Origin: Bdellovibrionales bacterium | GTDB lineage: Bacteria > Bdellovibrionota > Bdellovibrionia > Bdellovibrionales > JAGQZY01 | Reading direction: 5' to 3' | DNA: 64,000 bases | Assembly: GCA_031426555.1 (NCBI GenBank) | Contig: JANPLN010000009.1 | Span: forward strand, 1-64,000 | Translations under genes and position numbers: made by a program | Notes under the pieces: model-generated | Database searches by the model: none | What the model was told of the DNA's origin: nothing | What the model saw: the letters and a program-made list of their open reading frames with translations, nothing else | Part shown: positions 38,047 to 48,344 of the stretch, piece by piece | Layout: each line of letters starts with the position of its first letter | Numbering within the stretch: the stretch's first letter is position 1

Positions 38047-38082
38047 CCGGGATTACGAATTCCTTCGTAATCCTGGATTTTT
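38047..38082 (+). terminator. Intrinsic terminator after flagellin
   Basis: ccgggattacgaa-ttcc-ttcgtaatcctgg followed by a T run. Confidence 0.7.
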
Positions 38083-38201
38083 GCGTTTTAGAACGAGTTC
38101 TTTGCAAACGCCGCAGTCAAAATAGCGACACTTCAATCCTCCAAGCGACAGAAAAATTAGGTCCAGTCTCGTCAAAAATGAATAAAAGACGCTCTCTCTG
38201 T

Positions 38202-38217
38202 TGGCACTGTTTATGCT
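38202..38217 (+). promoter_or_regulatory. sigma54 promoter of the flagellar basal-body operon
   Basis: TGGCACtgtttATGCT (GG-N10-GC). The operon encodes a sigma54 activator. Confidence 0.65.
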
Positions 38218-38231
38218 TTATAGGTTGTTAG

Positions 38232-41045
38232 ATGAAACTATTTTCTTTGCTAAACCTTTGTCGAGTCTTGGAAGTCGCATTCGTAATGAGTACGAGTGTT
38301 TTCCTGTTTTTGGAACAAAGCCATGCTTCGGGTGAAACAGAAATCAATCATCTCAACGAAGTCACGCATCTCGAAATGCAGGACATAGCACCTGCAGATT
38401 ATGTAATTAAAAGAACCGGCGAAAAGCTGGAATTAAACGTGGATGCCCTGTCAGAAACTACAAAAAAGAAACTAACGAACTATTCTGATCGATTTATTAA
38501 AAAGATCGAAATACAGAAAAATACCTCATTGAGCAAAGACATCATTACATTTCATCTTGCCGACAAAGACCTCGAAGTTTTTGACTATTTGACGGATGCT
38601 CCATCTTCACTTTCTCTCGACTTCTTCGCAAAAGAAGAGGGAAAGGAAACAGATGCCGAATATGAAATGGCACAAAAATTACTAAAGAAAAATAATTCAA
38701 AAAATTCAGAAAAAAGTGCTTCGAAAAAATCCTTACAAAACGCCAGAAGAGATGTCGCTTCTTCGGAATTTATTCAAACAATAGGACATGTAACCATTGC
38801 CGGTGACACGGCAGATGTAAAAGACCACGCCAAGAGCGAAGAAGAGAAGAGTCAAAAAAAGAAAGAAGTGAACGCAGAGTTATTAAGAATAATTCGACTG
38901 GCCAAACAGGATGCCGGAGATATTTTAAAGTTCGACACGGACAAGTTGAATTTTAGTAAAGATTCTCTCATAGAGGGAAAAAATAAAATCTATATAAAAT
39001 ATCCAGTTTTGTTGAATGAGCACAAATATATTTCTGAAATACTGCAAAAAAATATACAGTACGAAGTAAAAGAAGCAAAGGATGCAGCGGGAAAAGATTT
39101 TTTGAAGATCCGTAAGTTCTACACCAATAGTGACTACAAAAACTTTTTAAAGTCGGAAAAAATATTTCAAAAAAGGCATCCAACCTCAAAATTCGAGGAA
39201 ATGATTACCTATATGGAAGCAGATGCCTACTTAGAGCTTTATAAATTGGAAAAAGAAAAGATTTTCTTTGACCGAGCACTTAAAATCTATGACTCCTTGC
39301 TCAGCAAATATCCGGACTCTCAGATTTCGGAACGAACGCTTTTGCTAGCCGCCTATCTGCGCTTAAAAGACCAACAGTATTTCGAAGCCTCTAGGAATCT
39401 CAAGCAGTACACTGTGAGATACGAAAAGTCGCCTCTCCGCGAAAACATAGAACTTATTCTAGCCCAGTCACTTGTTCGGCTGCATGAATACGAAGATGCC
39501 AAGAAAATATACAGCCAGTTGTTTAAGTCGGACAATCAAGAAATTCAAGCCTCCGCCTACTACGAGTATGGCAATATCTATTTTGAGGAAAAAGACTACC
39601 TCAGCGCCATTTCGGCCTACGAGACAGCGCTGAAGTTATATCCACACGAAGATAGAACCCATGAAAATATCTATTTTAACCTGGGGGAGACGCAGTTTCT
39701 GATTGGCGATTACAAGGCCAGTCTCAATCATTTAAGAAAATTTATTGCACAACATCCGCAGCATGATTACGCCTCCTATGCCTGGACTAGAATGGGTGAA
39801 ATATTTGAACTTTCCGAGGTGGATCCGAAAATATGGAGGGGCTACTACAATGAAAGCCACTTCCGTTTTCACAATCACCTTGGTGGAGCCATTGCAAAGA
39901 TAAATCTTTTGTACCACCAAGCAATTGGTGACAAAAAGAAATTTGACTACTTGCTGGAGCAAATCAAAAAGTTTGAAAATCAAATTCCGCTCAAGCAAGC
40001 TAACGAATACATCACTTTTAAAATTGCAGACGCCTATTACGAAGTGGGAAAATATCCGGAGTCCACACAAACACTGATCAATGAGTTTAAATCGGGTCGC
40101 ATGCCAGAACACACTGACAAACTACACAAGCGAATTGGACGTGGTCTTGCGGCGCAACTAAGATCAGCCGTCGAAGATAAAAAAGTGGTTGTAGGAATGA
40201 AAATTTTTGATGAGGTAGACCCTTTATGGTTTAAAAAATCCGAGCGCTTTGATTTCAGTTTCTATAAAGGTGAATTGTTTCGCGAAGCAAATTTATGCGC
40301 CAAAGCGCAAAAGCAGTACGAGGTTTATCTTGCAGATTTCGAAAAAGTGCCTAAAAAAGACGAGCTCGATAAAAGCCAAAGACTGCCATACCTTTCAGAA
40401 GTTTACTTAAAAAGTTCGATTTGTCTCAACCAACTCGATCAGCAATCAAAAGCTCAAGAAATGTTGTCAAAAGTGGATCCGCAAAATCTTGGGCAACAGG
40501 AGTTAGATGACTACTACCTGCTACAGGCAGATATCGCGACGAAAAATGTTGCACCAGATGAGGCGCTAAAGTTCTTGGCAAAAATTCAAAACCAAAATCT
40601 CGATACTTTGAACAAAAAGATAGATATTTTAAACGAAAAAGGGCTCAGCAAAGAGTCCATTGCCTCTATCGACTCGTATATGGACGGAAATTCGTTGAAT
40701 GAAAAAGATCGATTTAGTCTTTTACGAAAAAAGCTTTCGATCTTAGAAAATAGCAAAGATAAAAAAATGCCACAGTTTTTACAGAGCTTTTATGAAGAAT
40801 TCAAAAATAAGCCTTTTGATTTTGACAGAGAAAAGTATCTTCTTTTTGGAAATTTATTGGACCAAAAAAAAATGAAAGAAGCCGAGGAAGTGTTTTCTAA
40901 AATTAAAGCGGACAGCTACTGGGCTAAGTTAGCCGCCGAAAAAAAGACTTCGACGCAATGGGGTCAAAAATACCAAAAATTTGTAGATCGAATTCCTGCT
41001 ATGCAAAAACCTAAGGAGTCTGTTGATGATAAAAACCCAAAATGA
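38232..41045 (+). CDS. Large TPR-repeat protein (likely exported)
   Basis: Hydrophobic N-terminus and multiple TPRs (AYYEYGNIYF..AISAYETALKLYP; IYFNLGETQF). Confidence 0.85.
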   Translation: MKLFSLLNLCRVLEVAFVMSTSVFLFLEQSHASGETEINHLNEVTHLEMQDIAPADYVIKRTGEKLELNVDALSETTKKKLTNYSDRFIKKIEIQKNTSLSKDIITFHLADKDLEVFDYLTDAPSSLSLDFFAKEEGKETDAEYEMAQKLLKKNNSKNSEKSASKKSLQNARRDVASSEFIQTIGHVTIAGDTADVKDHAKSEEEKSQKKKEVNAELLRIIRLAKQDAGDILKFDTDKLNFSKDSLIEGKNKIYIKYPVLLNEHKYISEILQKNIQYEVKEAKDAAGKDFLKIRKFYTNSDYKNFLKSEKIFQKRHPTSKFEEMITYMEADAYLELYKLEKEKIFFDRALKIYDSLLSKYPDSQISERTLLLAAYLRLKDQQYFEASRNLKQYTVRYEKSPLRENIELILAQSLVRLHEYEDAKKIYSQLFKSDNQEIQASAYYEYGNIYFEEKDYLSAISAYETALKLYPHEDRTHENIYFNLGETQFLIGDYKASLNHLRKFIAQHPQHDYASYAWTRMGEIFELSEVDPKIWRGYYNESHFRFHNHLGGAIAKINLLYHQAIGDKKKFDYLLEQIKKFENQIPLKQANEYITFKIADAYYEVGKYPESTQTLINEFKSGRMPEHTDKLHKRIGRGLAAQLRSAVEDKKVVVGMKIFDEVDPLWFKKSERFDFSFYKGELFREANLCAKAQKQYEVYLADFEKVPKKDELDKSQRLPYLSEVYLKSSICLNQLDQQSKAQEMLSKVDPQNLGQQELDDYYLLQADIATKNVAPDEALKFLAKIQNQNLDTLNKKIDILNEKGLSKESIASIDSYMDGNSLNEKDRFSLLRKKLSILENSKDKKMPQFLQSFYEEFKNKPFDFDREKYLLFGNLLDQKKMKEAEEVFSKIKADSYWAKLAAEKKTSTQWGQKYQKFVDRIPAMQKPKESVDDKNPK

Positions 41046-41964
41046 GCAAATGAAGAATATCTTAGCATTGCTGGACAATGTTGCTCAAGCTCGGTCGACC
41101 ATTCTTCTTTGTGGCGAAACGGGTGTTGGTAAAGAGGAAATGGCTAAGTACATTCATCATATGAGCCCACGCAGAAAAAAGCCCTTTATCGCAGTGAACT
41201 GCGCGGCTTTTCCAAGCGAATTGCTCGAGAGCGAACTCTTTGGCTCGCAAAAGGGTGCTTTTACCGGGGCGCACCAAGATCGAGTGGGCCAAATAGAGGC
41301 AGCTCACGAGGGGACTTTTCTCCTCGACGAAATTAGCGAAATGCCATTTGAACTCCAAGGGAAATTATTGAGAGTCATTCAAGAAAAAGAGATCGTTCGT
41401 TTAGGCAGCAACGAACCCAAAAAGGTGGATGTTCGGTTTATTTGCACAACAAATCGAGACCTGAAAGAAATGGTCAAAGAAAACTCTTTTCGAAGTGATT
41501 TGTTTTATAGAATTAATGTAGTGCCTGTAAAAATCCCATCCCTAAGAGAGCGCTACGAAGATATGCAAACAATCACACAGTTCTTAATTGAGAAGTTTTG
41601 TTTAGAGAATGGTGTTCCGTGCAAGGATATCGACTCAACAGCAATTTCAAAAATTAAAAAATGGTCCTGGCCAGGGAATATTAGAGAATTGCAAAATGTA
41701 ATCGAACGAAGCGTTTTGGCTTGCTCTGGACCTCAGCTGACAGCCGAGAACGTGCTCATTGATGGGTTCCAAGAAGTTCGCAATTTACGTTTAGAGCCGG
41801 GAATGACCATTCAAGAAGCTGAGAAAATTTTAATCCTCAAAACTCTTCAACATACCGAGCGAAATAGAACGCAAGCAGCTAAGCTTCTTGGAATTAGTAT
41901 TCGCACACTGAGAAATAAATTAAACGAATACAAATTGGAGGGCTTCAGTGAATCAAATTTTTGA
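41026..41964 (+). CDS. sigma54-dependent activator (AAA+ and HTH, no N-terminal regulatory domain)
   Basis: GETGVGKE, ESELFG..GAFTGA, LLDEI, FRSDLFYR, WPGNIRELQN, Fis-type HTH. Confidence 0.93.
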   Translation: MIKTQNEQMKNILALLDNVAQARSTILLCGETGVGKEEMAKYIHHMSPRRKKPFIAVNCAAFPSELLESELFGSQKGAFTGAHQDRVGQIEAAHEGTFLLDEISEMPFELQGKLLRVIQEKEIVRLGSNEPKKVDVRFICTTNRDLKEMVKENSFRSDLFYRINVVPVKIPSLRERYEDMQTITQFLIEKFCLENGVPCKDIDSTAISKIKKWSWPGNIRELQNVIERSVLACSGPQLTAENVLIDGFQEVRNLRLEPGMTIQEAEKILILKTLQHTERNRTQAAKLLGISIRTLRNKLNEYKLEGFSESNF

Positions 41965-42313
41965 TAAAACCCTAAGAGCTCTTGCGACATCGAATAAAAT
42001 TCGCGAAGTAAAGCAGAGCGTACTTTCAGCGAACGTCGCCAACGCAGAAACACCCGGTTACCATGCTCAAAAAGTGGATTTTGAGTCGGAGCTTAAGCGA
42101 GCATTGAATATCAACGAAGGATCCATCGAGTCGGTAAAAGCCGACATTTACGATAATCCTGAAGTCGATGTTTCCAACGATGGCAACACCGTCGATTTGG
42201 AAAAAGAGCTTTCGAGTATGGTCGAGAACAACATCATGTATCGAGCGGCCAATCAGCTGATTAACAAAAAACTCGCATCGTTAAAGTATGTAGCTTCGGA
42301 CGGAGGTAGATAA
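41948..42313 (+). CDS. flgB: Flagellar basal-body rod protein FlgB
   Basis: ANVANAETPGY, DGNTVDLEKE. Confidence 0.93.
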   Translation: MNQIFDKTLRALATSNKIREVKQSVLSANVANAETPGYHAQKVDFESELKRALNINEGSIESVKADIYDNPEVDVSNDGNTVDLEKELSSMVENNIMYRAANQLINKKLASLKYVASDGGR

Positions 42314-42750
42314 TGGATTTTGGAACAGGGTTCAGAATCAGTAGTAGTGGTATGAATGCTCAGCGCATTCGCATGAACACGATTTCGAGCAACATTGCCA
42401 ATATCAACACCCTCAATACGCCAGAGGGTGGCCCTTACAGACGAAAGGAAGCTGTTCTACAGGCTCTCCCCGAGGCCAAGTCTTTCAGTGAGATGATGCT
42501 AAAGGATCCAAATCAATCCATGAGCCGGGTGCAAGTAACTGACATCCACGTAGACACCGGTGCCCCACTGATGAAATACGAGCCAGACCACCCCAATGCG
42601 GATGAAAGTGGAAACGTAGCCTACCCAAATATTAATTTAATGGAAGAAATGGCTAATATGATTCAAGCAACGCGCTCCTATGAGGCTAACGTCTCGGCTC
42701 TGAACGCGACCAAAGACATGGCCATGTCAGCATTAAATATTGGAGAGTAA
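42313..42750 (+). CDS. flgC: Flagellar basal-body rod protein FlgC
   Basis: SNIANINT, GGPYRRK, YEPDHPNA, EMANMIQATRSYEAN. Confidence 0.95.
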   Translation: MDFGTGFRISSSGMNAQRIRMNTISSNIANINTLNTPEGGPYRRKEAVLQALPEAKSFSEMMLKDPNQSMSRVQVTDIHVDTGAPLMKYEPDHPNADESGNVAYPNINLMEEMANMIQATRSYEANVSALNATKDMAMSALNIGE

Positions 42751-42802
42751 TTTATAGTTTTAAATTTGCGACTTTGAGTTAAAATAAAAGGAAGGATTTG
42801 CC

Positions 42803-43126
42803 ATGGACGGTTTATCGATCAAAAATTCTAATCTCAGCGGCGGCATCGGAAAAATATCCAATGCTCTGGGCCCTCTTAAGCCCAACGCAGGAGCCAACGA
42901 GGCCGGCGAATCTTTTGCGGACACTTTAAAAAATGCGGTTGGAAAAGTGAACGAATTGCAAGTGCAAGCTGACGTAAAAATGCAACAACTAGCCACCGGA
43001 GAAACCACCGACATCGCAGATGTTAAAATTTCCGCTGAGAAAGCGGATATCGCTCTTCGCTTAATGACTTCTGTTCGCAACAAAATGATCGATGCTTACC
43101 ACGAAATTATGAAAATGCAGGTTTAA
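42803..43126 (+). CDS. fliE: Flagellar hook-basal body protein FliE
   Basis: SFADTL, VRNKMIDAYHEIMKMQV. Confidence 0.95.
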   Translation: MDGLSIKNSNLSGGIGKISNALGPLKPNAGANEAGESFADTLKNAVGKVNELQVQADVKMQQLATGETTDIADVKISAEKADIALRLMTSVRNKMIDAYHEIMKMQV

Positions 43127-43138
43127 TAGGGAGCCCTT

Positions 43139-44785
43139 GTGAAGAATTTATTTAATGTCTTATTTTTGCAACTAAGAGATTTTTTTAAGAGCCTGACGCC
43201 TCTTAAAAGAATGTCTGTTATAGCCAGTGCCGCCGTGGCTTGCGCTGCCCTCGTGACCATTTCGATCATGGGTGGGAAAAAAGACTTTGTGGTTTTGCTC
43301 AAAGATGTGGGGCCAGACCAATCGGTGTCGGTCATTAGCATCCTCGAAAACAAAAAAATTCCGTATCAACTCATCGACAGCGGAAAAACCATCATGATAC
43401 CAAACAGCTTTTTGCCATCGACACAGATGCTGATCATGTCCGAGGTGGGTTCAGAAAAATTGAGTCAAGGTTTGGAGCTCTTTGATAAACAAAACTTTGG
43501 AACAACGACCTACGAGCAAAAGATAAAATACCAACGCGCCATCCAAGGTGAACTCACTCGAGCTATTAACACCATTGATTCGGTAAGTAGATCAAAGATT
43601 ATTTTGGCGATCCCTGAGAAAAAGACATTTATGTCTGAGAATGACACACCTCCCACAGCTTCGGTAATTATCGAACTTCATCACGGAAAAATTCTCAGTG
43701 AGGAACAAGTTCGCGGCATTACTTACCTGGTTGCAAGTTCCGTGGAAAACTTAAAATCCGAGAATGTGTCGGTTGTGGATTCTCGCGGAAAAGTTCTTTC
43801 GAAGAAAGGCGATTCGTCCATGGCGGATTCCGCCGAGATGATGGATTCTCGACGTAAAATCGAAAACTATTTTCAAGAGCGCATCGAAGGCATTTTGGCC
43901 AAGGTCGTTGGCGAAGGAAAAGTCATTGCGCGCGTGAGTGCCGATTTAAATCTGAAGCAAACTTCGAAAGTGGAAGAGATCATCGATCCTGATAAAGTCG
44001 CAATTAAATCAACTCAGTCGGATCAAGAGACCATGGCTGGGAATCGCTCGAATCCGACAGGTGTTCCTGGGGCCAGAGCCAACCTGCCTGGGGCCAACGA
44101 GGCTGGAAACGTTGTTTTTAATCAAGACGTCAACAAAGAGCACAAGAATGTAACCTACGAAGTTCCAAAAACCACAGTGAATGTTGTGGAAGCTGCGGGC
44201 GGAATCAATCGCATCAGTGTGGCAGTGATGGTTGATGGGATGATGGTTGATGTTAAAGAAGGCACGAAGACCGTAAAAAAATGGCAACCAAGAAGCCCGG
44301 AAGAAGTTGCTCGGCTTGAAAATATAGTTAAGAATGCGATTGGCTTTGATGATAAGCGTGGAGATTCAGTTAAGATTGAATCCTTTGAATTTGCCAAAGT
44401 ATCGATGGAAGACGCGGATGGTATTTCGCGCGAACTCTACAGACAAAAAATGATCCGCTTTATCTTGAGCTGGGTATTAGCTGCGCTCGGCCTCCTCCTC
44501 GTGTACTTATTTGTTATCCGTCCTTTCAGCTCTTGGGTCACGGACAGCTTTCAGGAGTCCATCGAAGATATGTTGCCCAAAACCATCGAAGAACTGGAAG
44601 AGTTGCAATCCATTGATAACCGACTCCCTGGAATGTCGAACCTTGTTCCGGTTTTAGAATCGCCAATTGATCCGGAAAAAGCAGAAAGCGAAATTTTGAA
44701 AGATCGAATATTGACCTTGATTCAAGATGACACCGAAAAAGCCTCTGGCGCTCTGAGTCTGTGGCTTGTAAGGAGAGATATCTAA
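43139..44785 (+). CDS. fliF: Flagellar MS-ring protein FliF
   Basis: GLELFD, YQRAIQGELTRAI, LVASSVENL, NAIGFDDKRGD, two TMs. Confidence 0.95.
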   Translation: MKNLFNVLFLQLRDFFKSLTPLKRMSVIASAAVACAALVTISIMGGKKDFVVLLKDVGPDQSVSVISILENKKIPYQLIDSGKTIMIPNSFLPSTQMLIMSEVGSEKLSQGLELFDKQNFGTTTYEQKIKYQRAIQGELTRAINTIDSVSRSKIILAIPEKKTFMSENDTPPTASVIIELHHGKILSEEQVRGITYLVASSVENLKSENVSVVDSRGKVLSKKGDSSMADSAEMMDSRRKIENYFQERIEGILAKVVGEGKVIARVSADLNLKQTSKVEEIIDPDKVAIKSTQSDQETMAGNRSNPTGVPGARANLPGANEAGNVVFNQDVNKEHKNVTYEVPKTTVNVVEAAGGINRISVAVMVDGMMVDVKEGTKTVKKWQPRSPEEVARLENIVKNAIGFDDKRGDSVKIESFEFAKVSMEDADGISRELYRQKMIRFILSWVLAALGLLLVYLFVIRPFSSWVTDSFQESIEDMLPKTIEELEELQSIDNRLPGMSNLVPVLESPIDPEKAESEILKDRILTLIQDDTEKASGALSLWLVRRDI

Positions 44786-45828
44786 TGTCGGCAAATAAAT
44801 TAAAAAAAGTTGAAAGCATCGATTTTCGCAAACTCAAGGGCTTTGAAAAAGCCGCCATTCTGGTAAATTATCTTGGACCAGATGCCGCTAAATTATTTTT
44901 TAAAAACATGGACGACGCTGATTTAAAAAAGATCCTCTCTCTCATGAGTAAATACCGCGTTGTACCCATCGAAATAACAAAAAAAGTTCTTGAAGAGTTT
45001 TATGAGCTCGTGAGTGAATCGGAAGACTACATCTTTTCGGAAAAAGTAGGATCCCGTGAAATTATCACTGAAGCCTTGGGCGAAGAAAAAGCACGGCATA
45101 TCCTTGGTCACATGGACTATGCCGTCCGACAAACCCGCAGCCTCGAAAGCTTGGAGATGGTCGATGCAAAGACACTGGCCAACTTTTTAATCAGCGAGCA
45201 CCCACAGACCATCGCCGTTATTTTAGCGCATTTAGAAATTGAAAAGCGCGGTGATGTTCTCAAGCGGCTTCCCGACGGACTTCAAGGTGAAGTTGTTTTA
45301 CGTTTGGCGAACTTGGAGCATGTGTCTCCAGAGCTCTTGGCCGAAGTGGACAAAGTTCTCAAAGATGAGCTCGCCAACGTTGGAACGGTGGATAACGCCC
45401 AACTCGGTGGTGTTCAGGTTGTAGCCGAGATGCTGAACATGATGGATAAGAATACCGAGAAAACTATTCTTGGTGTTATTGAAGAGCGCGATAAAGAAAT
45501 GGCTGATGAAATTCGCAAATTGATGTTTGTCTTTGAAGATATTGGCAAAATCGACAACAAGGGAATTCAGCTTCTTCTTAAAGAAGTTCCAAATGATAAA
45601 CTTCTGTTGGCTCTTAAGACTGCTAACGAAGATATTAAAGCAAAAGTATTTGCCAATATTTCTAAACGTGCGGCTGAAATTCTCAGTGAAGATCTCAATT
45701 CACTGGGTCCGGTGAAAGTGGCGGATGTTGAAGCGGCGCAGATGGAAATCGTAAATGTAGCTCGTCGATTGGAATCTGAAGGAAAAATTGCAATAGCTAG
45801 AGGTGGTTCGGAAGATGTCTTCGTTTAA
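44785..45828 (+). CDS. fliG: Flagellar motor switch protein FliG
   Basis: KAAIL, EHPQTIAVIL, GGVQVVAEML, MFVFED. Confidence 0.96.
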   Translation: MSANKLKKVESIDFRKLKGFEKAAILVNYLGPDAAKLFFKNMDDADLKKILSLMSKYRVVPIEITKKVLEEFYELVSESEDYIFSEKVGSREIITEALGEEKARHILGHMDYAVRQTRSLESLEMVDAKTLANFLISEHPQTIAVILAHLEIEKRGDVLKRLPDGLQGEVVLRLANLEHVSPELLAEVDKVLKDELANVGTVDNAQLGGVQVVAEMLNMMDKNTEKTILGVIEERDKEMADEIRKLMFVFEDIGKIDNKGIQLLLKEVPNDKLLLALKTANEDIKAKVFANISKRAAEILSEDLNSLGPVKVADVEAAQMEIVNVARRLESEGKIAIARGGSEDVFV

Positions 45829-46555
45829 AATTGCGACCCCCACTAGAATTGATACTCATGTTCCTGAGAAGCTGGAAAATGCCGACTCACCACAGAGTCG
45901 TGCATTTTTTGGGAATACGAATGATGCACCGAAAGACTTCTTTGTTTTAAACCCGGAAATTTCGCACTTTATTGGATTAACAGCGGCTCGAACCAAGGAA
46001 GAAAAACGTCGATTTGATGCAGAAGTTTTAATGTACGTGCAAAAAATTAAAGACAATGCTTTTCAGGAAGCCTACGAACAAGGACTGCAAAAGGGAATTG
46101 AAGAGTCGAAAAAAGAGGCTTTTAATCAAGCAAAACAAGAGATCGGTATGCGTTTGCGTGTCTTTACCGAAATTTGCGAAAAAATTAATCAAATGACAAA
46201 GTTAGTCTTTGAGCAAAACGAAAAAGACATAGTTGATCTGTGTTACTTGATGGCCGAAAAAGTTATTCAGAGAACTGTGCAAAGAGAGCCAGGAATGGTT
46301 TTTAATGTTTTTCAGCAGGTCTTAAAAACTCAGGCTGTGACGAATATCCAAATTTCCGAAGAGGATTTTAACTATTTCGAAAAAAACAAATCTGAAATCG
46401 GTTTAGACATTGATTTATCCCAGGTGAGCGTAGAAGTGAATCGCGATCTTTTGCCAGGCGATGTACTTTTTTCGAACGACCTTGGAATTCTTGATGGAAC
46501 ACTGCAATCACGACTCGAAATGTTACGACAGATTGTAACAGAGGTCGAAAGCTAA
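45815..46555 (+). CDS. fliH: Flagellar assembly protein FliH
   Basis: Lies between fliG and fliI. AYEQGLQKG repeat, C-terminal LPGDV..GILDG. Confidence 0.85.
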   Translation: MSSFKIATPTRIDTHVPEKLENADSPQSRAFFGNTNDAPKDFFVLNPEISHFIGLTAARTKEEKRRFDAEVLMYVQKIKDNAFQEAYEQGLQKGIEESKKEAFNQAKQEIGMRLRVFTEICEKINQMTKLVFEQNEKDIVDLCYLMAEKVIQRTVQREPGMVFNVFQQVLKTQAVTNIQISEEDFNYFEKNKSEIGLDIDLSQVSVEVNRDLLPGDVLFSNDLGILDGTLQSRLEMLRQIVTEVES

Positions 46556-47889
46556 TGTTTCTTAATTTACGAAAGCTACATCATCAAATTGAGGATGCGG
46601 ATCTTTTTAAAAAAAAAGGCCGAGTGACAGATGTTTCACAGCAAATTGTTCAGGGCTATTTACCAAACGCTCAAATCGGATCACTTTGCCAAATCGACGC
46701 GGGTTCTAGCGCCGAACCTTGTCTGGCAGAAGTGGTGGGTTTGAAAAATGGCAAGGTTGTTCTTATTCCTTACAATAAAATATCGGGTGTGAGCGTGGGT
46801 AACCAAATCGAACTGCGCAGGCAATCCAACGATTGCCTTGTGGGCCCAGAGCTCTTAGGTCGCGTAATCGATGGTATGGGGCAACCCATTGATCAATTGG
46901 GTGAACTGCGCTGTCGTTACCATAGACCGCTCACAAAAAATTCCACAAATCCGCTGGCAAGACGCCCTATCGATCAATCTTTGGATTTGGGAGTGAAAGC
47001 TGTCAACGCGTTCAACACGATTGGCCGAGGTCAGCGTGTATCCATTATGGCAGGCTCTGGCGTTGGAAAATCTGTCCTTATGGGAATGATGGCCCGTTCC
47101 ACCGAAGCGGATGTCATCGTTATTGCCATGATTGGCGAGCGCGGCCGAGAAGTGAAAGAGTTTATTCAAGATATCCTAGGGATTGAAGGGCAAAAGAAAG
47201 CGGTCATCGTTGCGGTGACGAGCGATCAAAGCCCGCTCCTGAGAATGCGTGGAGCTCAGCTTGCCACAACAATTTCCGAATACTTTAGTGAGCAAGGGCA
47301 ACAAGTGCTGTTGATTATGGATTCTCTCACTCGCTTTGCAATGGCGCAAAGGGAAGTGTCTTTATTATCCGGAGAACCTCCAGCAATGAAGGGATACACC
47401 GCAAGTTTGTATCCCACGCTTTCAAAATTGCTCGAAAGAGCTGGAAATTTTGAATCAGGCGGAAGTATCACCGGAATTTACACAGTGCTTGTTGAAGGTG
47501 ACGATATGGATGATCCCGTTGCCGATACGGTACGGTCCATCGTCGATGGTCATATCGTTTTAACGCGAAAATTAGCGCAACAAGGTCACTTTCCGTCTGT
47601 CGATATTTTACAAAGTTTAAGTCGAGTAATGGATAAAGTCGTCACTCCGGATCATCTCGCGGCGGCGCGTAAGCTAAAACGAAAACTCGCTATCTACCGT
47701 GAAGCCGAAGATTTAATTAATGTGGGCGCTTATAAAAAAGGTATCAATCAAGAGATTGATGAAGCGGTTTCTTGTTACTCCGAGCTGAATCGATTTCTTC
47801 GTCAAGATTTAAATCAACCTGCGAACTACATGGAAACTATCTCGGAAATGCTGTCCATTGCCATGCGCTATAGTGGAGATATGAAATGA
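46555..47889 (+). CDS. fliI: Flagellar export ATPase FliI
   Basis: AGSGVGKS, GERGREV, MDSLTRFAMAQRE, DGHIVL. Confidence 0.96.
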   Translation: MFLNLRKLHHQIEDADLFKKKGRVTDVSQQIVQGYLPNAQIGSLCQIDAGSSAEPCLAEVVGLKNGKVVLIPYNKISGVSVGNQIELRRQSNDCLVGPELLGRVIDGMGQPIDQLGELRCRYHRPLTKNSTNPLARRPIDQSLDLGVKAVNAFNTIGRGQRVSIMAGSGVGKSVLMGMMARSTEADVIVIAMIGERGREVKEFIQDILGIEGQKKAVIVAVTSDQSPLLRMRGAQLATTISEYFSEQGQQVLLIMDSLTRFAMAQREVSLLSGEPPAMKGYTASLYPTLSKLLERAGNFESGGSITGIYTVLVEGDDMDDPVADTVRSIVDGHIVLTRKLAQQGHFPSVDILQSLSRVMDKVVTPDHLAAARKLKRKLAIYREAEDLINVGAYKKGINQEIDEAVSCYSELNRFLRQDLNQPANYMETISEMLSIAMRYSGDMK

Positions 47890-48344
47890 AGAAGCACCAC
47901 TTTCGCATGGAATCGTATTTAAAAATTAAAGAATTTGAAGAAAAACTTTCTTGGACCGAAGTACTTTCTCAGATGAATCGTGTCACCGTCATCGTACAAA
48001 AAATTACTCAATTAAAAAACCAACAAAAAACAATCCGAAAAAATATTTCCATGATCGGGCAAAATCAAGGTCCACAGATTTACGAACTATCCCTCGCCGG
48101 GGAGTCCATTGAGGGTACAAAAGTAAGAATAGAAAGCCTTCTTTTGGAGCAAAGAAATGAAGAAAAAATCTTGGAACGCCTGCGTTTGAAGCATTTGGAG
48201 TCAAAAAAAGATTTAAAAACAATCGAAAAGCTAAAGGAAAATGATCTGAGAAATTTTAAAATTGATCGAGATAAGAAGGATTTAAAAATAACCTCCGAAA
48301 TTGCTTTGCAAATGTATAATCGAGAGAAGGCCGAAAATGAATAA
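47886..48344 (+). CDS. fliJ: Flagellar export protein FliJ
   Basis: Follows fliI. Coiled coil with FRMESYL N-terminus and IEKLKE. Confidence 0.75.
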   Translation: MKKHHFRMESYLKIKEFEEKLSWTEVLSQMNRVTVIVQKITQLKNQQKTIRKNISMIGQNQGPQIYELSLAGESIEGTKVRIESLLLEQRNEEKILERLRLKHLESKKDLKTIEKLKENDLRNFKIDRDKKDLKITSEIALQMYNREKAENE

